A stretch of 63,869 bases of DNA, filler included, from Octopus bimaculoides (Eukaryota), in assembly GCF_001194135.2 (NCBI RefSeq). It is 6 parts of 6 records of this genome, joined end to end, with 100 filler letters (N's around TTAATTAATTAA, not from the genome) between each part and the next. Parts side by side here need not be neighbours in the genome. Positions count along the whole stretch, not along the records: positions 1 to 19,834 come from NC_068988.1; positions 19,935 to 35,109 come from NC_068986.1; 4 more parts are not named here. The stretch is one strand, 5' to 3'. The position numbers were made by a program, and so were the translations under genes. Below, piece by piece: positions 12,578-24,529 of the stretch. The notes beneath the pieces were generated by a model. The model was not told where the DNA came from. It saw only the letters and a program-made list of their open reading frames with translations, and made no database searches. Positions within the stretch are counted from its first letter, which is position 1. Each line of letters starts with the position of its first letter.

Positions 12578-14109
12578 CTAGTTTTCCGACTCTCCTCCCT
12601 TATCTTCCGCTACCCTCTCCTTCCTTCTTGATGGGCAGTCGTAGCTCATATATCCTTTTTCGTCACATATCCAGCACTCCCTCTTAAAAGCAGACTTTGC
12701 CCTATCGTTCTGCTTTTGCTCACTCTTCAGGCTGTGACAATCTTGCCGCTTACAGGTTTCCCACAATGCCAGCAAATTAAACCAATTATCTCTTCTTTCT
12801 TCTCACAAGACCCACAGCTATCCTTAAACCTTCCTGCTTCTCGAATTTCCCCTTTTTCTTATTGGAATCCGGAACTGAAGCCCACAGGGAAATTTCCGAT
12901 GCTAGACCTTACATACGACTCAAATTCCAGAGCCCTAGCATAGTACTTGGCTGTGCCTGGTTCACTTGCGCGTTGAGATTCGTGCGGTCCAGAGCGTCGA
13001 TGAACTGCTCTTTTAGAAGAGCTAAGAGATCAGGAGTCGCTGTAGTGTAGGCTTTATGCACAGTGTTCCGCATGCCCTGGGCAAGCTGTTATAGGGGTAC
13101 GAAAGCGTGCCCTGTGCATTTCATGTTGGTACGTAGTACCATATTTTCTCTGCAGAACTTCTACAAAGGCCGAATAACGACCTCTGTCCTCTACTGGCAA
13201 TTGGCTAAGCACCTCTGGTGCACCACCCTTTAGGCTAGTTGCAAGCTGAACAGCTCATTGCTCATCGTCTCATTCATTCTGTCCGCCAGCAGCTCAAACT
13301 GGGCACGGTAGGCCTCCCATGATACTTTACCGTCAAATTCTTGTGGCTGCTCCTTAATGGGAACTTAACTGCAGCCTTGCACGTCGCTGGGTCGAAGCCT
13401 AAATACAGGAGCTTTATGATCCCGTACAGTATCCAAAACTGCCACCTGACCACCAGCAGGCGTACCCACTCCTCAAAGAGCACCTCTGGAAGGCGGCGAG
13501 CTGGCAGAAATGTTAGCACGCCGGGCGAAATGCTTAGCGGTATTTCGTCTGTCTTTACGTTCTGAGTTCAACTTCCGCCGAGATCGACTTTGCCTTTCGT
13601 CCTTTCGAGGTCGATAAATTAAGTACCAGTTGCGTACTGGGTCGATCTAATCGACTGGCCCCCTCCCCACAAAATTTCAGGTCTTGTGGTTTGATCATTT
13701 TCAAAATTTAGCACATGTCCATTTCTGCTCACTCTCTGCACATCAGCTTGACGTTCGGCAACACGAAACTGTTCTGCGGCCTTCATTCTCTCATCAAACA
13801 TTTTCAACTGTTCGCCTAACTGTTGCTTGCACTCTGTAATATCATCAGCCACCTCACATCTGTACTGCTGTAATTCTTCTTGTACTTTTTTCTTGAACTG
13901 TTGTTGTTCCTCCACCATTCTTTTCACAAGAGTGTCCAGCTGTCCCTGAAGGGTATGTGCTGCGTTTTTTGCTCTTCCTTCAACTCAGTCAGTTTACCAT
14001 TTTGGTTTTGTAATACTTTCACTTTCATGATTGTAGCCAGAGACACCTCTTCTTTCGCTACTTGCTTTCTTGGACGTACTCCTTCCGAGTCCTTAGCGAA
14101 TTGGCTCAC
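12578..14109 (-). pseudogene. Gypsy gag remnant (coiled-coil N-terminus, capsid-like core, zinc knuckle)
   Basis: KVQEELQQYRCEVADDITECKQQLGEQLKMFDERMK; QPQEFDGKVSWEAYRAQFELLA; LLKEQFIDALD; KRECWICDEKGYMSYDC (CX2CX4HX4C with H changed to Y); interrupted by a SINE. Confidence 0.85.
13492..13689 (+). mobile_element. SINE-B nested in Gypsy gag, tail truncated
   Basis: ggcggcgagctggcagaaatgttagcacgccgggcgaaatgcttagcggtatttcgtctg...aaaatttcaggtcttgtg. Confidence 0.9.
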
Positions 14110-14122
14110 TGCAACAATGAAT

Positions 14123-14140
14123 ATCCCACTTCTGACACCA
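14123..14140 (-). promoter_or_regulatory. Primer-binding site complementary to the tRNA-Leu(CAA)-type 3' end
   Basis: Minus strand TGGTGTCAGAAGTGGGAT, 2 nt from the 5' LTR; complement ATCCCACTTCTGACACCA is the metazoan tRNA-Leu(CAA) 3' end as recalled. Confidence 0.85.
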
Positions 14141-14142
14141 GT

Positions 14143-14518
14143 TGTTACACCGCACGGCGAGGCCTCCCAAAACTACCTACAACGCAACAGTTTGTGTCGA
14201 TAGCTCAGAAGACCGCGTAAGCGAGTTCAAAAAACCAACTTGCTTAGAGCAGAAGAAACAGTAATCAAAGAAGTCAGAAGAGTTGAAGACAACAAACAAG
14301 ACCGTTGAGTATAACCAAAATACAAGAACTTTAAGAGGCCAATAACATTTAAGGTCCGAACTTCGAACCACCTGTTCATATTGGCTTCGAACTCACTGGC
14401 CACGTGGGCAATAATAGTCTTTATACTTCACCCTCACCGTAAAATCATGACGAAATCATACCGTCTACGCTTTAAACAGTCACGTAACCACAAGGAATTA
14501 TTTTTTTCGTTCGTAGCA
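14143..14518 (-). repeat. 5' LTR (376 bp)
   Basis: tgttacaccg...ttcgtagca; homologous to 10488-11273. Confidence 0.85.
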
Positions 14519-14666
14519 TGTGTATGTGTGTGTGTGTGTGTGTGTATGTAGATAGACAGTTGACAACTGATGAAGGGTCGTTCTTTGTATTACTTGTTCT
14601 TTTTTTCTCTATTTTCGTATTTAACTCTTTTGTTTTCGTAGTTCATGTTCTCCGTTNNNNNNNNNN

Positions 14667-14704
<38 letters not shown>

Positions 14705-14932
14705 CATACTTACATATTGAGATTATGAGAGTTAATGGTGTCAAGAAGACCCAGAGTGTCAGGTAATGCTGAGTAAGTGCTATGGAGAGACTATAGTTAA
14801 GCTCCAATTTCGGTGATTATGCAAATGAGGAGTCCACCGTCGGTCATATATCAGCATGCGTATATATAAAAACATTAACAGAATGAGATAAAAATCCAAG
14901 GCTGTGAAAGATTTCAGAACATTTATAAAGAG

Positions 14933-14980
14933 GTCTTAGAGCTGTTTCCGGAATATTTTATATATCCCTTCATCGGAGAC
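14933..14980 (-). ncRNA. Minimal type I hammerhead motif, cleavage site mutated (CUA)
   Basis: gtct ccgatga a gggat atataaaat attcc g gaaac agct cta agac; G16.2 changed to C breaks stem III. Confidence 0.5.
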
Positions 14981-15277
14981 GGTGTGAGAAGATGGTTAAA
15001 CAATAGTTATTCAAGAGAACATATGAAATAGAGAGTGAAGTGGAGGAATGAAGACAGACGTGAGATATGCAGGGATATTGTATCTGCAGTTCCATTATTT
15101 AAGCAGAATGGTATGCGTATAAGTTTCCTGTACCTTGTGTGTAAGTTTCAATAGTATTTAAAATTGGTCATTCCAAGCATAAAGTTTGTAAACCTCACGT
15201 CTGTTTTCATTCCTCTACTTCACTCTCTATTTCATATCTTCTCTAGAATAACTATTGCTTAACCATTTTCTCACACT

Positions 15278-15325
15278 GTCTCCGATGAAGGGATGTATAA
15301 AATATTCCGGAAACAGCTGTAAGAC
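15278..15325 (+). ncRNA. Minimal type I hammerhead ribozyme motif (Penelope-type)
   Basis: Stem I gtct/agac, core CCGAUGA (U4C), stem II gggat/attcc, GAAAC, palindromic loop AGCU, cleavage triplet GUA. Confidence 0.65.
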
Positions 15326-18300
15326 CTTCTCTGTATAAATGTTCTGAAATCTTTCACAGCCTTGGATTTTTATCTCATTGTGTTAATTTTTATACACACA
15401 CACTCACAGACACNNNNNNNNNNNNNNNNNNNNNNNNNNNNNNNNNNNNNNNNNNNNNNNNNNNNNNNNNNNNNNNNNNNNNNNNNNNNNNNNNNNNNNN
15501 NNNNNNNNNNNNNNNNNNNNNNNNNNNNNNNNNNNNNNNNNNNNNNNNNNNNNNNNNNNNNNNNNNNNNNNNNNNNNNNNNNNNNNNNNNNNNNNNNNNN
15601 NNNNNNNNNNNNNNNNNNNNNNNNNNNNNNNNNNNNNNNNNNNNNNNNNNNNNNNNNNNNNNNNNNNNNNNNNNNNNNNNNNNNNNNNNNNNNNNNNNNN
15701 NNNNNNNNNNNNNNNNNNNNNNNNNNNNNNNNTTGATGGGATTCTACTCTATACTGTTTTCTCCCCTATCCTCCCTAAATGATGCGTTTGGATTTTAAAT
15801 TTATATAAACATTAAGCAATCAACTTTGCAGTGAATTTTAACATTATATTATATTCAAACAAATTTAGCAAAAGGAAAATTATTAAAAATTTTTTTAATA
15901 ATGAAACATCAATACTTTGCGTTGACATTAACTAAAAGTAAATGTAATTATATAAAACACAATGTATCTCTTTTTGTCAATTTATTAATACATATTGATA
16001 AACTAATATTATCTTTTTCATATGATGCAAAATGCTCAATCCATAATATAACCCATACATAATCTTTTACTCAGCTACATCATGTAAATTAATATAAAAG
16101 ATAAAAATTGTTTGCAAAAAAAAAAAAAACTTCAGAATAATTTTTCCTTTCAGTAAAATAGGTGATTAATTATATTTGTTGGAGGTGAGATTCCGAAGGC
16201 GACAAATCATTTAAATGTGTTTGTTAATAAAATATGAGATAAAGAGAAAGATTTCGTTAAATGCCAGTCTGTTTTGTACAAAAATATATTTTCTTAGAAA
16301 TATTCTATGTATGTAAATGCAAAATTATACACAACGGCAGTTGAGTTGGACATTGATCAAATGTTACTGAATGGAATACGATGGAACCAATGTGAAAGAA
16401 AACAACAACAAAAATAATATAAATTATTCAGTTATTTTCAACTAGTGGAATTGAATTAAGATAATTAGTTTGATTTACAAAACAGATATTTTTGCGTGAT
16501 TCCAACTCATAAAATTGTTAATATCAAAACGTAATTGATGTACTTAGGATGACAGTAATATAGTAAATCCTTATATATCAATAGTGTACGAAGCTTTTAT
16601 GATAGTGCTCATTTTTGGAATTGCCAATACTGTCTTTTCTACTTGCTGAATAAGTCTAATGGCAATGCTGAACTCTACGACTTTATATATTTAGGGCAAG
16701 TTGTCTGTTCTCAGATCACGGTTATTTGAGGAGATTTATGATAAATGGCATTGAACCGTGATCATTTTGCTAGTTTCTCATGTGTAGGGAACTCAAAACT
16801 TATATCATCCAATCTTTTCTTCTCTAAGCCGCTGGAGTTGAGAAAGAGATGTGGCTGCAATTTCTCGCATATCAGGTAATTTCTTAGAAAGTTCGTTTTT
16901 TGGTTAAACCTGGTTGTGAAGAAGTTTCTATTTTCAGCTAACAGAGCTAACGAAGCTTTTGTACAATTTTCAGAGTGACTTATGCCTTAACGATGAGCTG
17001 TGATTCATTATAGTTTCTACTAAAAGTAAATTGGATCATTGAGAGTTAAATTGCGGGATTTTTTACAGCTTAACAACCAGCAGCAATTCTGCTGGTAGCT
17101 CTTCACTGTCAATTCCGTCATTTGTGACTCTTAAACGATAGTCGTTAACAACAAATTAAGTTTTGAAAATCTCACAATTATTAATTTCTGACCATATCCA
17201 TCCTATAATGTATATTATTTTATTATAAGCAAATGATTGAATATCTTTTCGTTAATACTTTATTGCTTGAGAATCTAACAAATATGATACCTTGATTTCT
17301 ACATACATCAGAGTTTTAAAATTTCTTGCAAGAAGAAAAATCAAATAACAAAGTATAAGGATCAATTATTTATGATCAATGTACGAAGAAAGTCATCTTA
17401 AAATATAAATTAATGTTTTGAAATACTTATAAGTTCAATTCTTTCATGTAATTTTTTAAAGTCTAAGTATATAAAGGGTCAATCCCTATATTTAGATAAC
17501 ATGAAAAGCGGCGAATTTGACCGAATCGTTAGTTAACAATAAATGTATCACTGATTTTGCAATATTTAGTTTTCAAATAATTAATACAATTTCCATTAAA
17601 CTTATTTGGTTCTTATTATCAGTTATTACAACTCCAAATCGTTCTAAAGTTTAAAATTAGAAAGAACAGGTATAAAAAAATGAATAAAGTTTCAAATACT
17701 GAAAGTGATATGATAAAAATGATAGTGCCCTTCATTTATTGATTTGCTCACTTTATTCTCTATATGTAAACTTTGTTAGCCAATGAAATTTCTTAACACT
17801 GAATTTATAAAGCAAGAACCAGTAATTTTCGAGACCTGTCTTATTAATTCTGTCCTTTCTCAACCAAAATTGGTTTTATAGCATACGTAAACAAAAACCG
17901 ATGTTATACCACGAAGGCTATTAGTTAGCAATCTTTAATTGCCGTCCGAATCTAAATGGACAGAGCTGACATAAACTTTAGTAATTTGCGAGTGTATCAT
18001 TTATAAATTAGTTCTAGAAAATTAAATGTCGAAGAATATATCTTAGGACAGTTTGGTTGTAGATTCCAAGCCTCGTACGAAACCTCGGGCATCCCCTGTT
18101 GAGAAAACCTATGCACAAAAGCATTCCATCCGTGTACATATGTTTTTAGAGTATCATTAATGATATCTAATGTCCTTCATATTTAAGACGTCAGGGTATA
18201 ATTTGATGGAGGTTTGTTTGCTGTTTCTAGCAGGTCGAGTAAATATGTATGTGCACCCGAAATATATTCACTATTTGTACAATGAAGCGAGTATATTCCG

Positions 18301-19878
18301 AAGTTCAACGGGAATGGTTGTGCATAAAATAAGCACTAGCCGAGCACTTTTGCAAAACATTAACTTTAGTCACCCTACAGTTTTAATCACTATTTAAATT
18401 ATCCTAATTGTTCTCAATGGTGCCTGAAAAAAATTCTTGTCATTCATTAATTTAAAAATTTATAATTAGTATATTTCACGGAAAACATCTTAATAATGAC
18501 AAAATTGCATACCAAAAAGAAATAAGGACTATCTATCTCAATCAATTTATTCAGACCTCTATTCTAAACACAAATCATCATGTTTTTCGTGGTGATAAAA
18601 TTGAAATAATAAAATTGAAATAATAACTGAAATGGTAACATTTTGACATTTGGCTTTTAAACAACAAAATGGCATGTTGGTTGGAATGCTGATAATACTT
18701 TATTTCGTTGAGCCATTTTAAGCAAAAGCCTTTATGAAACCTCAGTTTATGAAACCTAAAAAAAAACATTTAAAACTATGATAAAATATTTTAGAAAAAT
18801 CAGACTTTTAGCGTAAGATGAGCAATCTTTCTATGCATTCTAAAATAAATATCACTAAGGTGAAATCTAAAACGAGTTTATTTAAACCACATGAAGAGTA
18901 AGTCTATAAACTATAATAGTTTTAACATTTCTAGTTTATTCATGATGAATTATGAAAGAGATTGTTTATCTTTGAGACATATTCCACCCTTTGAATTAAC
19001 TGTATTACTGTGTTCACCAAGGATTAAATTTCTATGAAAGATTAAATTGAAATAGAAAGTGTGTGCATTGCACTATAATAAAAAGCTAGCAAAATATATT
19101 TATCTCTGTAAATCAAGAAGGTTGTTGTTATTGCTGTTCTTGGTGGTGGTAGTGGTTATAGTCATCGTTGCTTAATTTCAGGTCAGCATAATTAGGAAGA
19201 TCAATAGCATTCCAGCCACGCCAATAATGTCCTTTATGAGTGAATTTCTGAGACAGTGAAAATCACAGTGAATTTACATGTAATTTTCCTTCTTTAAGAC
19301 AGTACTACGTGTTTTTTAAGAGTTATACCAAGTTGGCTGCACGACTATGTAGCAGCACTCTCACTACGCTCAAGAATGTAGAAGTGAATGGGGACGTAGT
19401 AAACCTATTGTTGCAGATACATTGCACCTAATCCACAAATATATCAGTTGTCTGATAGCCTGAAATTGATCTTTCGTTATTTCACATTCTTTCGTTTGTC
19501 TGAGGAGCGGCTAGAGTTCGATTCTCGGTTGAAAGCACGACACTGGACTTACATCGTATAAATTTAATTTGAGTTGCTTCAAGTCAATATGTTTACAGAT
19601 TAACGAAGCATAAAAAATAAACCTCCATAAGGTGGATTTTCTATTGATATTTCTAAATACTTTCCTTACAACAGATTTCTCAACAGCATAAAATGTTGTA
19701 TTTAGAAATTTTACTACTGTTTTTCTTTCACGATTCAACAGGAAACCGATTTCTTTAAAGTATTCCAAGAAATCAAATTGTAACATAAACTAGGTGTTTA
19801 AATGATACTTAAATCAGCAATCAGATACAAAGAANNNNNNNNNNNNNNNNNNNNNNNNNNNNNNNNNNNNNNNNNNNN

Positions 19879-19890
19879 TTAATTAATTAA
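19879..19890. other. Artificial TTAATTAATTAA spacer inside a 100-bp N gap (also 35154, 50275, 58166, 61246)
   Basis: 44 N + TTAATTAATTAA + 44 N each time; the 12-mer is palindromic with stops in all six frames. Confidence 0.9.
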
Positions 19891-19934
19891 NNNNNNNNNN
19901 NNNNNNNNNNNNNNNNNNNNNNNNNNNNNNNNNN

Positions 19935-19996
<62 letters not shown>

Positions 19997-20314
19997 GGAG
20001 GCAGAGGAGGAAGTGAGGAAGAGATGGTGGAGGAAGAGATGGTGGAGGAGGAGGAAGTGAGGAGAGGAAAGAGGAAGGGAGCAGGAAGGGAGCAGGAAGG
20101 GAGAAGGAGGAAGTGAAGAAAGGGTAGGAAGGGGATAGGAACGGGAGGATGAAGGACGTTTAATATGCAGGAACACTAATGCGTTTCTCTGAAAATTTAT
20201 ATAGAAATATCGGAGTGACATTGTCAACAAAGGAAACCGAAAAACTGACGAAGTACTAAGAGACAACCGCGTAAGTATTTGTCTATAGGATTTATTGATA
20301 TTAACCACATATAA

Positions 20315-20725
20315 CTCTTTTACCTGTTTCAGTCATTTGACTGTGGTCATGCTGGAGCACCGCTTTTAGTCGAAGTAATCGACCCCCAGGACTTATTCTT
20401 TGTAAGCTTAGTACTTATTCTATCGATCTCTTTTGCCGAACCGCTAAGTTACGGGGACGTAAACACACCAGCATCGGTTGTCAAGCGATGTTGCAGGGAC
20501 AAATACAGACACACAAACATATACGCACACGCACACACACACACACACATATATATACACATATATACGGCGGGCTTCTTTCAGTTTCCGTCTACCAAAT
20601 CCACTCACAAGGCTTTGGTCGGCCCAAGACTATAGTAGAAGACACTTGCCCAAGATGCCACGCAGTGGGATTGAACCCGGAACCATGTGGTTGGTAAGCA
20701 AGTTACTTACCACACAGCCACTCCT
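20315..20725 (-). mobile_element. SINE-A, full length
   Basis: Head, central (GT/AT)n and tail ..gactgaaacaggtaaaagag are all present. Confidence 0.9.
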
Positions 20726-20779
20726 AAGTGTTTACAGAATCCAACGTCCTCACTCAGTGTGTAATCATGGCCCTCGAAG

Positions 20780-22370
20780 CTTGGTCCATATCAACATCAG
20801 ACCGTGTCCAACAACAAACACACGAAAATGGCAAATAATTCGAATAAAAACCGTATCATTGAGCGCGCGATGCTTGATTGGGGAGCAAGTACTTTGAGCT
20901 TGTTGCACGAAAAACCACACGTGAAAAACTTTCTAGCAGTAACAGTAAGAGATCTTGTACGCGGAAAGATCAATGCAATGAAAGAAAATCACGCGGAAGG
21001 GATGCTGACTCCGGAAAATAACCTGAATGGAGATCTCTTGATCAACGTTTTTGTATTCAACGATCGATGGAATAAATAGCACAACCGAATCAAGCATCAG
21101 GATTATGTGTGAAAATCAATCGTATTGAGAATACTGACTAGGTGGGATTGGTTGTTTATCCACGTCGAGGGGTGATGATGAATGACCAATAAGATACCTA
21201 ACGTAATTCATAAAGATAAAACTAGCACAATCAACGAAAACGAAATAAAAAAAGTAAAACACGAGGAAAAAATCCCTGGAACTGCACAATAATGGTCAAC
21301 AAAAACCAAACCAGAACTGTACATTCAAAAATATAAATAAAAGCAGAGAATATACGAAAGATTTAAAAATGCAAATTTCTAAAATTGAAAATCATGACCC
21401 TGACACGGTAAAATGGGGTATAATTCAATAATTAATGAGCAAAAGATTATTTTCTTCTGAACCAACGGGTACACCTCACAGTGATAAACCTCGACGGTAA
21501 AATAACAATAATAAAACAACTTGGCTATCATAAAATCAAATGAAACAAATTTGAACTTCAACATTACGAAGCTAACTGAAGTAATATATGCAGTACAACT
21601 ACAAGAAGAAAAGAGACACAAATACTACAGCGCTACAGTATAAACATAAATATGCACCTGAAACTAAAGAGCTACTAATGAAGTCATCCTTGCTTAATGG
21701 AAAAGAATTCCTCGCTACGAAAAACGCCAACGATTCTTTGAACAAAACGAACAGTTCAACACCAACCCGAAACAATTCTATCGAGAACTTGGTAAAAAGT
21801 TTTTTTTTTTTAAAGCCAATAAAGTACCAGCGGCAAGTGAAATAAAAGTATTTTGAGAAATATAGGTGGCAAAAGAATCAGCAGAGAAAAGGCAGATGAA
21901 AGCATTGCTTTTATAATGAACAGTATACATCCATAACAACAGTGGAGGCGCAATGGCCCAGTGGTTAGGGTCGTAGGATCGCGGTTTCGATTCCCAGACC
22001 GGGCGTTGTGAGTGTTTATTGAGCAAAAACACCTAAAGCTCCTCGAGGCTCTGGCAGGGGATGGTGGCGAACCCTGCTGTATTCTATCGCCACAACTTTC
22101 TCTCACTCTTACTTCCTGTTTCTGTTGTGCCTGTAATTCAAAGGGTCAGCCTTGTCACACTGTGTCACGCTGAATCTTCCCGAGAACTACGTTAATGGTA
22201 CACGTGTCTGTGGAGTGCTCAGCCAGTTGCACGTTAATTTCACGAGCAGGCTGTTCCGTTGATTGGATCAACTGGAACCCTCGAAGTCGTAAGCGACGAA
22301 GTGCCAACAACAATCGATAACAACAGAACACGTAACATAGATATGAGAAAATTGCAAGTTACTCGTGCGT
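20780..22370 (+). pseudogene. R4/Dong-type LINE N-terminal region, decayed, interrupted by SINE-C
   Basis: NITKLTEVIYAV; RIPRYEKRQRFFEQNEQFNTNPKQFYRELGKK; VPAASEIKVF*EI*; ITTEHV resumes after the SINE. Inclusion of the 91-aa ORF at 20804-21079 is tentative. Confidence 0.65.
21943..22316 (+). mobile_element. SINE-C, head H1 plus tail T1 with (CAA)n end
   Basis: tggaggcgcaatggcccagtggttagg..ttcgattcccagaccgggcg..gtgccaacaacaa; 10-bp TSD ataacaacag at 21933-21942 and 22317-22326. Confidence 0.95.
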
Positions 22371-22783
22371 GAAAAGATTTCAGATTTCAAGATAGAATAT
22401 TTAAAACTGAGGTCGATGCGGTACTAGCAGAGAATTTAAATCCGTTTTTACACGGGGAAAAGAAACAAACTTACTTGAATTACCCATATACACACGAATT
22501 ATTTCTCTTATCTTAACTTATGTAATTCATTTATTTCGTCTTCGTAAAATTCGGTAGGTATTCTTCAGTTTATCTTCCCTAACTCTTCGAAAACAATTTG
22601 TACATTGCCTGCTCAAAAGAAATAAATCTATCGAGTTATACCCAGTGACAATGTCAAAAGAGGCTACAAAGGGGACATTTTTTGGCAAACTGTGATGAAG
22701 ATTGAATTTGCCAGTTACATCGTTATTTTACAATTCATCATGGTTAGTTTAACCTCCCCACAAATTGTTCTCTGATAATAGTA

Positions 22784-22961
22784 GAAAGGTGCGGTGGTTG
22801 TGTGGTTAGAACTTTGCTTCCGAACTATATGGTTCCGGGTTGAATCTCCAACTACAGCTCTGGACCGATCCAAGCCTTCTGAGTGGATTTGATAGACAGA
22901 AACAAAAAGAAGTCAGTCATATACGTATATGTAAACACAGACACACACACATGCACACATA

Positions 22962-23030
<69 letters not shown>

Positions 23031-23244
23031 ATGCGTGTGTGTGTTTATGTTTGACGGCAAGCGTTGGTTTGTTTACGTCCCCGTAATTAAGTAGTTCGGC
23101 GAAGATAACCCGATACAATAGTATCAAGTTAAAAAAAGGCAAAAAGTAATGGGGTCGATTTGTTCAACTAAAATATTCAAGGCGGTGCCCCAGCATGGCT
23201 CCTGTCTTGTGACCGAAAGAAGTGAATTAAATGAATAAAAGAAT
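22784..23244 (+). mobile_element. SINE-A, full length, diverged
   Basis: Head, (GT)n core, ttgacggcaagcgttggtttgtttacgtccccgtaa.., ggcggtgccccagcatggc... Confidence 0.85.
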
Positions 23245-23525
23245 CCACATTGACAGAACATCATTTGCATAATGGTGCAAAACTAACAACCAGACATTAA
23301 TTATTGCAGAGCCAATACAGTTTGAATTATATATAAATTAATAAATTGAGTCATATCTATAGAAAGCAATTATTAATTATAATAAGGCTGACCGTTGTTA
23401 ATTGCTTAATCCATTACATTTTTAAGTGGTACTTGTTTGACAAGTGGTTCTCAATTAAGTTTGTGTTTTCTGGAGAGAATTCGTCTTGATAGTAGGAGTA
23501 AAGCTATTTATAATCACAATATATA

Positions 23526-23699
23526 TAATATTTATCTCCACTTAAACGTAGATGTCCTGTTAGAACAACTTTATTGCGGTTGATGCCATGAAAAAACCTC
23601 ACAAACTGGATTTTGGTACAAAATGAGAGTTACTCTCATGGTATCTCTCGGAATAAAGTTGTTCTAACAGAACATCCGTTTAAGAGGGGATAAATATTA
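23526..23699. mobile_element. MITE with about 50-bp imperfect TIRs
   Basis: taatatttatctccacttaaacgtagatgtcctgttagaacaactttatt ... aataaagttgttctaacagaacatccgtttaagaggggataaatatta. Confidence 0.75.
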
Positions 23700-23744
23700 C
23701 TTCTGGGTATTAATACTGCCTCTGTTGCTAATGTATTTAGTCTT

Positions 23745-24092
23745 CAACAATAAGGTTGTACGGTAAGACGCTTGCTTCCCAACCACGTGGTTCCGAATTT
23801 AGTCCCACCGCGTGACACCTTTGACAATTGTCTTCTACTGTAGCCTCAGGCCAAGCAAAGCCGTAAGAGTGGATTTGGTAGGCGGAAACTGTGCGTGTGT
23901 CTTTGTGTCTCTGTGTGTCTTCTACCACCCCTTGACAACTGATGTTGGTGTGTTTACGTCCCTGTAACTCAGCGATTCGGCAAAAGGGTCCGATAGTATG
24001 TGTACTAGGCTTGTTCGACTAAAACTCTTCAAAGCGATGCCCAAGTATGCCTGCAGTCAAGTGACTGAAGCAAGTAATAGATAAAAGATAGT
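23745..24092 (+). mobile_element. SINE-A, diverged
   Basis: gcttgcttcccaaccacgtggttccg...gagtggatttggtaggcggaaactg...ttgacaactgatgttggtgtgtttacgtccctgtaac. Confidence 0.85.
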
Positions 24093-24529
24093 GTCAGTTA
24101 ACATGTTGGATCATAGATTTTGATGCTTCATAATATTTTGAATTACTGGATGGTGGACTAACAAAATCGTTTGTGTACCGGACGAAATGCGTTGCTACAC
24201 TTGTTCCATGTCATTAATGTTTTGCTTTTTTATTTTGTTTTCAAATCTCATCGAGGTCAGTTTTGACTGTAATACCTTCTGATCCGATAAAATACTAATC
24301 GCGAGCAGTGGTTTGACTGAATTGCATCAAGTAGGACCGTTTTTGATACCAGTTTCGACTCTTTGTCTTATGTGATAAAATTCCGCCTAGGAGTTATATA
24401 CTCGCCGATGGCCAGAGCTAATTACGTGGTCACTTGATTACAAATGATTACGAAAAGTTGCATTGTATGGAGGAGGATTACTGCTGACCGATAGTGACGT
24501 CAAACGATGACGATGGGGATATATGTACC

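Larger units (their letters stand above)
10488..14518 (-). mobile_element. Ty3/Gypsy LTR retrotransposon, internally deleted, non-autonomous
   Basis: Two homologous TG..CA repeats, PBS, PPT, gag with zinc knuckle, protease, RT start joined directly to integrase C-terminus; flanked by TGTG/TGTG 4-bp TSD within (GT)n. Confidence 0.9.
14865..15394. mobile_element. Fold-back element: about 200-bp inverted arms (14865-15064 / 15194-15394), about 130-bp spacer, probably Penelope pLTR-derived
   Basis: Arms are reverse complements with scattered mismatches; each contains a hammerhead-like motif. Confidence 0.8.

Noticed and set aside
16565-16875. Plus and minus open stretches of about 50 codons as exons
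   Set aside because: Both strands give equally protein-like text with no recognisable motif; this is expected by chance, so it is covered only by the general island finding.
21943-22020. tRNA gene calls for SINE heads (also 611, 11741, 24840, 63003)
   Set aside because: A/B-box-like motifs are present but there is no closable cloverleaf or T-run terminator, and each continues into a SINE body and tail.
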